Below the pieces are notes generated by a model. The model ran no database searches and was not told where the DNA came from. It saw nothing but the letters and a program-made list of their open reading frames with translations. A DNA stretch of 59,652 bases. It comes from Burkholderiales bacterium (GTDB lineage Bacteria; Pseudomonadota; Gammaproteobacteria; Burkholderiales; SG8-41). The stretch covers positions 1-59,652 of the forward strand of contig DASWHI010000140.1 of the NCBI GenBank assembly GCA_036398235.1, in the 5' to 3' direction. Both the position numbers and the translations under genes were made by a program. Below are positions 48,206 through 55,551 of this stretch, one piece after another; positions within the stretch are counted from its first letter, which is position 1; each line of letters opens with the position of its first letter.

Positions 48206-48409
48206 CTATCCCCCGCCGACCGCGACCACGATTTCCAGCCGGTCGCCCTCGGCAAGCAGCTGCCCGGCAAACCGGCTGCGCGGCACGATCTCGCCGTTGC
48301 GCTCGAGCGCGACACGCTTGCCCGCAAGCTCGAGCCGCGTCAGCAACTCGGCGCAGTTGAGCGGCGCAGCGAGTTGGCGGCGTTCGCCATTGATGGTGAC
48401 CGATATCAT
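48206..48409 (-). CDS. thiS: Sulfur-carrier protein ThiS
   Basis: 67 aa ending in VGGG, immediately upstream of thiG. Confidence 0.85.
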   Translation of the reverse strand: MISVTINGERRQLAAPLNCAELLTRLELAGKRVALERNGEIVPRSRFAGQLLAEGDRLEIVVAVGGG

Positions 48410-48503
48410 GCAGGATGTTGCCGTAATGCGTTCCGGGAAGTTCGATTTTACGCGTCGCCCCGCCTTTGGCAACACGCCCTCAATCCCTTAAGATTGCAGC
48501 CGC

Positions 48504-48577
48504 GCGGGTGTAGTTCAATGGCAGAACATCAGCTTCCCAAGCTGAATACGTGGGTTCGATTCCCATCACCCGCTCCA
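48504..48577 (+). tRNA. tRNA-Gly (anticodon CCC)
   Basis: Hand-folded cloverleaf: acceptor GCGGGTG/CACCCGC, D stem GTTC/GAAC, anticodon stem TCAGC/GCTGA with loop TTCCCAA, T loop TTCGATT, and an encoded 3' CCA. Confidence 0.9.
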
Positions 48578-48579
48578 AA

Positions 48580-48613
48580 TCAGGAAGGCTCCACGATGGA
48601 GCCTTCCTGATTT
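48580..48613 (+). terminator. Hairpin/terminator after tRNA-Gly
   Basis: tcaggaaggctcca-cgat-ggagccttcctga followed by ttt. Confidence 0.7.
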
Positions 48614-48638
48614 GGAGCGTGATGGTCGAATCGAACCC
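48598..48638 (-). repeat. Inverted partial copy of the tRNA-Gly 3' half
   Basis: The reverse complement, gggttcgattcgaccatcacgctccaaatcaggaaggctcc, mirrors 48552-48593 (gggttcgattcccatcacccgctccaaatcaggaaggctcca). Confidence 0.8.
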
Positions 48639-48772
48639 GGGGTTCGACAACCCGAGGTCCGGGGGACGTCGGGTTGGACGCCGATTGCCTTCAGGCGAGC
48701 GGTGGTCCCGACGAGCCACTTAACGTGGCTCGGAGGGATGCCCGGATCGCGGATGCAACGCGATGCGGGCAC

Positions 48773-48791
48773 ATTCCCATCACCCGCTCCA
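48773..48791 (+). repeat. Direct repeat of the tRNA-Gly 3' end (att-like scar)
   Basis: attcccatcacccgctcca is identical to 48559-48577. Confidence 0.85.
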
Positions 48792-48799
48792 GTTCGCTT

Positions 48800-48841
48800 T
48801 CACCCCCATCCCAACCTTCCCCCATCAAGGGGGAAGGGGAT
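48800..48841. repeat. G/C-rich palindromic repeat
   Basis: tcacccccatcccaaccttcccccatcaagggggaaggggat. Confidence 0.8.
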
Positions 48842-48868
48842 CTTTCGCAATGTTGTGACATAGCAGAA

Positions 48869-49876
48869 TTACGGCTGAGTGGAATTCAGGCCCACGAAGG
48901 TGCCGCCGTTGTAGCGCGCGAGCTCGCGCATCAGCGTGGCGAAACGGACCCCGGTGTAGCTCGACTGCGCCGGCGGCCCGAAAGTCGTCGGAAAACCTAC
49001 GCCGTGGATCCGGACCGGCCGGTTGCCCGAGGCGTCGGGGCGGTTCAACTGATCGACCCTCCGCACCACGTCGTCGATGGAGGGGCCGGTGAACTCGTCG
49101 CCGAAGATGTAGAGGCTGATCTTGTGGTCCGGGTTGCGGTACATGCGGATCGCCGTCTCGATGCCTTCCGCGGGGCTGCTCTTGCTGAACGGCTTCCAGT
49201 CGCGCAGGCGCTCGACGATCGCGGCCCGGCGGGCGGTGCTGTCCGGAATCCACTGGCCGCCGTACTGCGAGAACATGAACTGCCCGATGTCGCTCATCAC
49301 CTGTATGCCCTTGACCCGGGGATAGACCTTGAGGGTTTCCTCCACCTTGCGTCGCATCGCCGACCAGGCGAGCGATTGCATGCTGCCCGAGGTGTCGATG
49401 ATGAATATGACGTACTCGCTGTCCACCGGAATTCCTGCGACGAATCGCTCCGGCGGCGGCGCCCGGCGCTGCGCGAGGAGCCGCTTCATTTCCTCGGTAA
49501 GCTCCTGCTGGGCCAGCGCCAGCTGATCGCGGATGCGGTTCTGCACCGTTGCGGTGTCGCGCGCGGCCCGGTAGCGGCCTTCGATGACGGTGAGTTCGTC
49601 CTGGTAGCGGGCCACCAGCCGCTCCGCCTTCGCGAGATCGGCGTGCTGCGCGGCGAGTTGCGCGCGCAGCGACTTCAGGCGCGCCTCGATCTCGGCGCGC
49701 TCTTCCTGCAGTACGCGCAGTTCGGCGCGCAGCGTCTCCGCGTCGCGTTCCGTCACCTGGGGCTCGGCGCCGCGCGCGATGACGAACAGCAGCAGGACGG
49801 CGCCGAAGCCGCAGAAGATGGCGTCGAGGAACGAGAGCGAGACGCCTTCGAACTCCCGCCTGCGCCGCCGGCTCAC
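48869..49876 (-). CDS. ExbD/TolR-like TM helix + coiled coil + VWA domain protein (paralog 2)
   Basis: GTG start overlapping the upstream stop (GTGA). The N-terminus VSRRRRREFEGVSLSFLDAIFCGFGAVLLLFVI aligns with paralog 1. Long heptad-like segment. MIDAS motif IFIIDTSGSM. Confidence 0.75.
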   Translation of the reverse strand: MSRRRRREFEGVSLSFLDAIFCGFGAVLLLFVIARGAEPQVTERDAETLRAELRVLQEERAEIEARLKSLRAQLAAQHADLAKAERLVARYQDELTVIEGRYRAARDTATVQNRIRDQLALAQQELTEEMKRLLAQRRAPPPERFVAGIPVDSEYVIFIIDTSGSMQSLAWSAMRRKVEETLKVYPRVKGIQVMSDIGQFMFSQYGGQWIPDSTARRAAIVERLRDWKPFSKSSPAEGIETAIRMYRNPDHKISLYIFGDEFTGPSIDDVVRRVDQLNRPDASGNRPVRIHGVGFPTTFGPPAQSSYTGVRFATLMRELARYNGGTFVGLNSTQP

Positions 49877-50967
49877 GGCCAATCCTCCGCGGGGCTGATG
49901 AACGAGCCGCGGCTCACCTGCGCGAGCCGCCAGAAGGCGGACGCCGCCATGGGGTCGCCCTCCAGGGGGAGGAGAATCACGTTGACCGGTATGCCCCGGG
50001 GAAAGCTTGCCAGCGCGTCGTCGAAGTAGCGCAGGCGCTCTCCGCCCGGGATCGTGTAGCGCTCGCCACGCTCGCGGTCGATCGTGGGGAGTCCATCGGT
50101 CACGAGGAACACGTTGTCGGGCCGGGGCTTCAACTCGCTCACGACCTTGAACGCGTGGTAGAGGCTCGTCCCGCCTGCGGGAACGATCTTCTTCGCGGCA
50201 TCGACCGCGCCGTTGAGTACCGCCGGATCGCCCGCGTCGAGCCAGCGCCCGGCGCTCTCGCGCACCACCGGCTCGGCGCGCTCGTTGAAGGCGTAGATCT
50301 GGAATCGCGAGCCGGGAGGGACCTGGGTTGCAATCCAGTCCAGCGTAGCGAGCGCCCGGCGCCATTTGGCCGCCTGGCGCTGCTCGGCCGCGGGAAGGTT
50401 GCGCAGCCGCACGATTTCGGCGATGCGCTCGGCCAGCATGCTCGCGGAGGTGTCGAACAGGATGAGGATGCGCTCGCCTCCGACCTTGAGGCCGGTGAGA
50501 TACTGGCGGTCGCCTTGCCCCCGGAAGGCCCGCAGGCGATCGCCCTCCTCGGCGCGTTGCAGGGCACCGCCTTCCAGGCGCTTCAACTCCTCATCGCGGG
50601 ACTTGAGGTCGGCCTTCAGGCGATTGACATGCGTCTCGCGGGCGATGCTGTTGGTTTCGAGCTGCGCGAGGTCGTAGCGCCGGCCCGCGATGCTCTCGGT
50701 CAGGGTCCGCGCCTGGGCGAACAGGCGCTGATTGCGGCCGCCCGCCCGCTCGACGTCCGCGCCGAGTGCGGCAGCCTGTTCCCGGCCGCTCAAGACCTGC
50801 CGCTCCAGCGCCTCCATTTCCAGTTTGAGGGCCTCGCTTGCCTCGCGCCGCTGGGCGACGGCGCTGTGGCTCAGTATGAGAAACAGCAGCACGAGGGCGC
50901 CAAAGCCGCAGCAGATCGCGTCGAGAAACGACAGGCTGAGGGTCGTGAGAGGGCGGCGGCGTTTCAT
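49873..50967 (-). CDS. ExbD/TolR-like TM helix + coiled coil + VWA domain protein (paralog 1)
   Basis: MKRRRPLTTLSLSFLDAICCGFGALVLLFLIL, a coiled coil, then MIDAS elements LILFDTSASM, GGTSL and LVTDG. Confidence 0.8.
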   Translation of the reverse strand: MKRRRPLTTLSLSFLDAICCGFGALVLLFLILSHSAVAQRREASEALKLEMEALERQVLSGREQAAALGADVERAGGRNQRLFAQARTLTESIAGRRYDLAQLETNSIARETHVNRLKADLKSRDEELKRLEGGALQRAEEGDRLRAFRGQGDRQYLTGLKVGGERILILFDTSASMLAERIAEIVRLRNLPAAEQRQAAKWRRALATLDWIATQVPPGSRFQIYAFNERAEPVVRESAGRWLDAGDPAVLNGAVDAAKKIVPAGGTSLYHAFKVVSELKPRPDNVFLVTDGLPTIDRERGERYTIPGGERLRYFDDALASFPRGIPVNVILLPLEGDPMAASAFWRLAQVSRGSFISPAEDWP

Positions 50968-50986
50968 GTAGTGAACACGACGCTCG

Positions 50987-51784
50987 CTAGCTGGTGCGCA
51001 TGTGCCGGATCAGGCGGTCGTTCACGTAGGTCTCGGTATCCAGCGCCAGGCGCTCCTGCGCGAGCTGGAGCTGATGGACCAGAAACATGAGGACAACGGC
51101 GAGCAGCAGGGCGACGAGCGTCGAGTTGAACGCAGTCCCGAGATTCTCCGTGACGCCGGTGATGTCGCCCTGCACCGCGCGATGGGCGAGCTCCATCGCG
51201 TTGCCGATGCCGCGCACCGTCCCGATGAAGCCGATGGAAGGGATCGCCCACGCGATATAGCGGATCTGCGCGAGCTCGGAATCGAGCCGGTCACCCTCGT
51301 TCTGGCACAGGGCGCTCGTGGCGGTGGCCGCGTCCTGCACGCTGCGTGACGTTTCGAACCGCGTGAGCGACTGGAACAGTGCCCGGGGCAGGAGCAGGTT
51401 GCGCAGGGAGGGCTTCAGCGCTTCCAGCGGCTTGGCATAGCGCCGCGCATCCTCCGGCAGGATCTTGATGCCCTCGGCGAGCGGCACCAGGTCGCTCTCG
51501 AGCAATCCGCGCTCGCGCACCACGTCCGCCCACTTGTAGCCGAGTATCGCCAGCGCCCACAGCATGAGTATGATTTCCGCCTCCTGCTCGTAATCCTTGA
51601 GGATGACGTAAATCGAGGTCTCGGCCACCGCGTCGGGCTGCTTGGCCACGAGCGCGCGCTGCTCCGCGAGGTGTGCCTCGGCGTTGGGCCGCACGACGCT
51701 GACGTAGGCGCCGTGGACGAGAATGACGGAGAAGATGAGGGCGAAGAACTGGTAGACGAACTCGGCGGGGAAATGCTTGAACAT
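50987..51784 (-). CDS. MotA/TolQ/ExbB-family proton-channel protein
   Basis: 265 aa. Family-like C-terminal helices IPSIGFIGTVRGIGNAM and LGTAFNSTLVALLLAVVLMFLV, with a large cytoplasmic loop between the TM segments. Confidence 0.7.
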   Translation of the reverse strand: MFKHFPAEFVYQFFALIFSVILVHGAYVSVVRPNAEAHLAEQRALVAKQPDAVAETSIYVILKDYEQEAEIILMLWALAILGYKWADVVRERGLLESDLVPLAEGIKILPEDARRYAKPLEALKPSLRNLLLPRALFQSLTRFETSRSVQDAATATSALCQNEGDRLDSELAQIRYIAWAIPSIGFIGTVRGIGNAMELAHRAVQGDITGVTENLGTAFNSTLVALLLAVVLMFLVHQLQLAQERLALDTETYVNDRLIRHMRTS

Positions 51785-51834
51785 GAGGGTCCTCGTGCGC
51801 GGACGGATGACGGCAGTTTAACGGTTGCGCCGGC

Positions 51835-52074
51835 TCAGATGTCCACCGGGAAGGAAACTGGGACATCCGATCTGGGCCGTTCCTCGCCGGCTCCCGTTCT
51901 CGGCGCTTTTCGCCGCGGAGCCGGCGGCGTTTCCGGTTTTCCCTGCTTCACCGGCGGTTTCGTCTCCGCGGCGGGCGGTGGCTTCGGGGGTTCGGTTTGC
52001 GGCGCGGCCGGGCTCGGAGCGGCGAGCCATGCCGCCGCCCAGATTGCAAGCGCGATGATTCTGACTGCAGTCAC
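51835..52074 (-). CDS. Small anchored Pro-rich (TonB-spacer-like) protein
   Basis: GTG start overlapping the upstream TGA. VTAVRIIALAIWAAAWLAAPSPAAPQTEPPKPPPAAETKPPVKQGKPETPPAPRRKAP. No globular C-terminal domain. Confidence 0.5.
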   Translation of the reverse strand: MTAVRIIALAIWAAAWLAAPSPAAPQTEPPKPPPAAETKPPVKQGKPETPPAPRRKAPRTGAGEERPRSDVPVSFPVDI

Positions 52075-54410
52075 GGCGCTTCCGTCACGTAGCGGGCGCA
52101 ACGAAACCCCACATCGGACCGCGGCTCCGTGCCGTAGTCCCGGTAGGTCCAGCGCAGCGCGCTCACGCTTGCCTGCATCCAGCTCGAGCCGCGTATGACG
52201 TGCTGCTTCCCCGCGGCCGGGCCGGTCGGGTCTTTCTCCGGCGCGGGGTTGGCCCGGATGTCGTAGAAGTCGTGGACCCATTCGGCGGCGTTGCCGGCGA
52301 GATCGAAGAACCCCGCGGGGCTCGCCGCGAAGCGGCCGATCGGCGCGGTACCCGCGTAGCCGTCGTCAAGGCTCTTCACCGTGTCGGCGAGCTCGCCGGA
52401 TGCCGAGCGGTCGGCGAAATTGCCGCTGCCCCGCGGCGGCGGCAGGTCATTGCCCCACGGAAAGCGGCTGTCCTTTGCGCCGCCGGCGCGGCGCGCTGCC
52501 CATTCCCATTCGGCCTCGGTGGGCAGGCGGAAGCCATTGCGCAGCGGCAGGACGGGTGTGAGCGCGCCCGGTCCGCCCGCATAGCTTGCCGGAAGTTTCG
52601 CCGCTTCGTTCAGCCAATTGCAGTAACCGGCCGCATCTTCCCACCGCACGTTCACGACCGGGTGAGACGGGACGTCGAGCCCCAGCGCGCCGAACCTGCC
52701 CGATTGGTGCTTGGGGCGGTACTTCTGGAATTGGGCGTTGGTCACTTCCGTCGCCCCGAGGTAGTAGGGGCGGACGAGGTCGACTTCGCGCAGTATCTCG
52801 TTGGCGCGCTGGCCCGGATCGCGGCGCGAGGCGCCCAAGGTGATGCGGCCGGGCCGCACGAGGATCATGACCGTGCCGTCCGGCGCCGCAATGCGCTCCG
52901 GCAGCGCGGCCTCCGCCCGCGCGCCGGCGGCGCGCAGCTTGACCGCCCGGGTCTGCTCGAAGCCGGGCTTGGGCGTCACCCAGAGCTGTACTGCCTGGAA
53001 GCCCTCCCGCGTGATCTCGAGGAGCGTCGGGGCAGCGAGAAGCGAATGTCGGCCGTTCGCCGGCCCGACCGCTCGCCCCTCGATGCTCAACACTGCGTCG
53101 CGCGGCTCGACTTCGAGCGTGACGTGACCCAGCTCGCTGCTCAAGGCGAGCTTCAGGTCACGCGCCTCGGCCGCTTCGAGGCGCACGGACCGGCTCGCCG
53201 TGCCGTAGCCGAGCCTGGAAACGGCAATTCGATGCTCGCGTCCCGGGCTGAGGGCGAGCGTGGTGGGGGTAGTTCCGGCGTAGCGGCCGTCCAAGGTGAT
53301 GCTCGCACCCGGAGGCGCGCTCTCCACCCGCAACTGGGCGTCAGCGGGGGAAAGCGCGACGGGCCCGATGGCTTGAGCCTGCCCGGCGGTGACGACGATG
53401 CTGCGCGTCCAGGACTTGTGTCGGGGAGCACGGATCTCGAGCGCCCGGGTTCCCGCGGGGAGGTCAATCGTTAAAGGCAAATCTCCGACCCGCTTGCCGT
53501 CCACCCAGAGCGCTGCGCCCGCGGTGCTCGCGCGAACGGTCACGGCGGCGGAGGCGGGGATGAGAGCCGCGACGATAGACTGGCGTTGCCCGAGTCCCTC
53601 GATCGAAACCGCCTGGGAAAACTCCGCGTAACCCTCGGCTCGAATGACGATCTCGTGATCACCCGCGGCGAGCTCGATGCCGGCGAGAGGCGTGTGCCCC
53701 TTGACCTCGCCGTCCGCAAGGACCGTGGCCTCCGCGATGCCGGGCGTCTCCACAACGAGAATGCCGGGCAGCTTGTCGAGAGCCAGTGACAGGCGTTGGT
53801 TATCCGCCCGGGTGACCTCCACGTCGCGGATGAGTTGCCGGTATCCGCTGCGCTCGGCCACCAGCCGGTATGCGCCGGGAAGCGCAAGGTAGCCTTCCCG
53901 AAGAGGCAGCGCCGGCAGCGTGCCGTGGAGGCTCATGCGGTCAGGTGCGGGCTGGAGCTCGACATAAAGCATGCGCGCGGAGAACACGAACCACAGGGCG
54001 CCCGCAAGCACCGCAAGCGCGAGCAGGACGTAGATCCCGCCGACGCGCCTGCCCCGGGGGGCTGGCGCGGGTAGGGGAGGAGTCAGCAGGATCGGCGGCG
54101 TGGGAGCCGCGAGATCGACATCGGCATCGGTCTGCAGCACGAGCCCGCCGTTCAGGACACGGACCACGAGAACGGCATCGCCGATCCGTGCGCGGTCGCC
54201 GTCACGCAGCCAGTGCGAGGCGGCAAGGCGATGGTCATTGAGAAATACCGCCACCCCGCCTTCGAGCGGCTGCAGGTACGGCGCACCGCCGGCGAGCGCC
54301 AGCGCGGCGCCGGGGCGCGCTCCGTCCGCACCCGGCGTCCTGATTAGCAGGGGCCCTGCGCCGAGATCCCCGTCGTCCACTCCCCGCGATCCGCGCACGC
54401 TGACTTTCAC
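52071..54410 (-). CDS. Cytoplasmic N-domain - TM - 5x PEGA - FGE-sulfatase (SUMF1-like) domain protein
   Basis: TM segment GGIYVLLALAVLAGALWFVF. Repeated PEGA-like units (e.g. VVETPGIAEATVLADGEVKGHTPL...). C-terminal RLPTEAEWEWAARR, GNAAEWV, VIRGSSW and VGFRCA motifs. Confidence 0.8.
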   Translation of the reverse strand: MKVSVRGSRGVDDGDLGAGPLLIRTPGADGARPGAALALAGGAPYLQPLEGGVAVFLNDHRLAASHWLRDGDRARIGDAVLVVRVLNGGLVLQTDADVDLAAPTPPILLTPPLPAPAPRGRRVGGIYVLLALAVLAGALWFVFSARMLYVELQPAPDRMSLHGTLPALPLREGYLALPGAYRLVAERSGYRQLIRDVEVTRADNQRLSLALDKLPGILVVETPGIAEATVLADGEVKGHTPLAGIELAAGDHEIVIRAEGYAEFSQAVSIEGLGQRQSIVAALIPASAAVTVRASTAGAALWVDGKRVGDLPLTIDLPAGTRALEIRAPRHKSWTRSIVVTAGQAQAIGPVALSPADAQLRVESAPPGASITLDGRYAGTTPTTLALSPGREHRIAVSRLGYGTASRSVRLEAAEARDLKLALSSELGHVTLEVEPRDAVLSIEGRAVGPANGRHSLLAAPTLLEITREGFQAVQLWVTPKPGFEQTRAVKLRAAGARAEAALPERIAAPDGTVMILVRPGRITLGASRRDPGQRANEILREVDLVRPYYLGATEVTNAQFQKYRPKHQSGRFGALGLDVPSHPVVNVRWEDAAGYCNWLNEAAKLPASYAGGPGALTPVLPLRNGFRLPTEAEWEWAARRAGGAKDSRFPWGNDLPPPRGSGNFADRSASGELADTVKSLDDGYAGTAPIGRFAASPAGFFDLAGNAAEWVHDFYDIRANPAPEKDPTGPAAGKQHVIRGSSWMQASVSALRWTYRDYGTEPRSDVGFRCARYVTEAP

Positions 54411-55531
54411 ACGCGTTCCTCGCAGGCGACGAAGACGCGCTGCGCCGGCGCATCGGGGTCTACGGTCACCTCGACGCGCACGTCCTTGTAGCCGGGCCGC
54501 GAGCCCACCAGCGTATAGGTCCCGGGCGTCAACGCGACTTCACGATCCTGAAAACGGCCCAGTGGCCCCACCCGCTGGAGCGTGACCTCGGTCGCATTGT
54601 CCGAAGTAAGACGGATCGTGACCTTGTTCGTCGCGCGCTTGAGGGCCGCGTCCAGCCGCTGGCGCTCCTGCGCGAGGCGAGGCCCGGCCCCCGCTTCGCG
54701 GTCGAGCGCGGCGAGAAACTGCTGGGCTTCCTCGCGCACGCGTGGAGAGTAGAGCCGCTCGGGGCTGGCGAGGTAGCGGTCGATCCGCGCGTGCAACCGG
54801 ATCATGCGCTCGCTGCGCGCGATGCCCTGCCGGGCAAAATCGACTGCCGGATCGATGGCCGCGGCGCGTTGATAGGCGGCAAGGGCTTCCTCCCAGCGCT
54901 CCGCCGATTCGAAGCCTTGAGCTTCACGCTGCAATCGGGAGAGCGCGTCGCGCTGCCCGCCCTCCTTCGCGCGCGCCAGCCCGTCCGCGGCCGGCCGATC
55001 GGCGGGGCGAAGCTTCAATGCGGCGCTGAACGATTGCTCGGCCCCCGGCCAGTCGGAGCGCTCCAGCTGACCGAGACCGCGCGTCATCAGCTTGTCGAAC
55101 TGCTGCTCGGCGAGGCGGCCTTCGGCGCGCGCCTGCTCCGGCTTGGCGGCCTTTCCCCCGGGGTCAGCCGCCGGAAGACGCGCGCGGACCTCATCCAGCG
55201 GCTCGACACGGGTGATCCCCTGCTGCGCCTTCCTCCGCTCCGCCTCCTCCGCCATCAGGCGCTGCCGTACCGCCTCCGCCGGGTCTGCGGTCGGGCTTGC
55301 CGCGCGGGGCGGCGAAGGAGGGGCTGCATCGGGGGGCTTGGTGCCGGTAGCGGGCGGCACCCGTGCCGGCAACATGAAGAAGATCACTGCCGTCAGGCCG
55401 AGTGCGGCAATCAGGGCTCCCGCCACCCAGCGGCCCGAAACCACCGCGTGGGTGCGGACACCGATCGGAACGGAGGGAGGCGGGGATGCGTCGCTGCGGG
55501 AATTTCCCGGTGCAGGTGGCGCGCTCGACAT
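54407..55531 (-). CDS. Single-TM TPR-repeat protein with C-terminal PEGA-like domain
   Basis: Start at MSSAPPAP. TM segment WVAGALIAALGLTAVIFFML. TPR-like WPGAEQSFSAALKLRP and WEEALAAYQRAAAIDP. The C-terminus LTPGTYTLVGSRPGYKDVRVEVTV is PEGA-like. Confidence 0.65.
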   Translation of the reverse strand: MSSAPPAPGNSRSDASPPPSVPIGVRTHAVVSGRWVAGALIAALGLTAVIFFMLPARVPPATGTKPPDAAPPSPPRAASPTADPAEAVRQRLMAEEAERRKAQQGITRVEPLDEVRARLPAADPGGKAAKPEQARAEGRLAEQQFDKLMTRGLGQLERSDWPGAEQSFSAALKLRPADRPAADGLARAKEGGQRDALSRLQREAQGFESAERWEEALAAYQRAAAIDPAVDFARQGIARSERMIRLHARIDRYLASPERLYSPRVREEAQQFLAALDREAGAGPRLAQERQRLDAALKRATNKVTIRLTSDNATEVTLQRVGPLGRFQDREVALTPGTYTLVGSRPGYKDVRVEVTVDPDAPAQRVFVACEERV

Positions 55532-55551
55532 GGAAGCCGCGCGGGTCGGGC

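Noticed and set aside
48410-48503. TPP riboswitch upstream of thiS.
   Set aside because: I could not find the conserved CTGAGA or ACCTGATCTGGATAATGCCAGCG-type elements on the minus strand. The 94-bp gap is shared with the divergent tRNA-Gly.
48869-51784. Classifying the MotA-like and VWA genes as Zorya, a Bat/MoxR-VWA system, or a standard ExbBD/TolQR.
   Set aside because: There is no ZorB-type peptidoglycan-binding domain and no ZorC/ZorD-like genes. There is no MoxR AAA+ or DUF58. The B-type subunits lack the ExbD/TolR periplasmic fold. There is no TonB C-terminal domain and no Pal/TolB.
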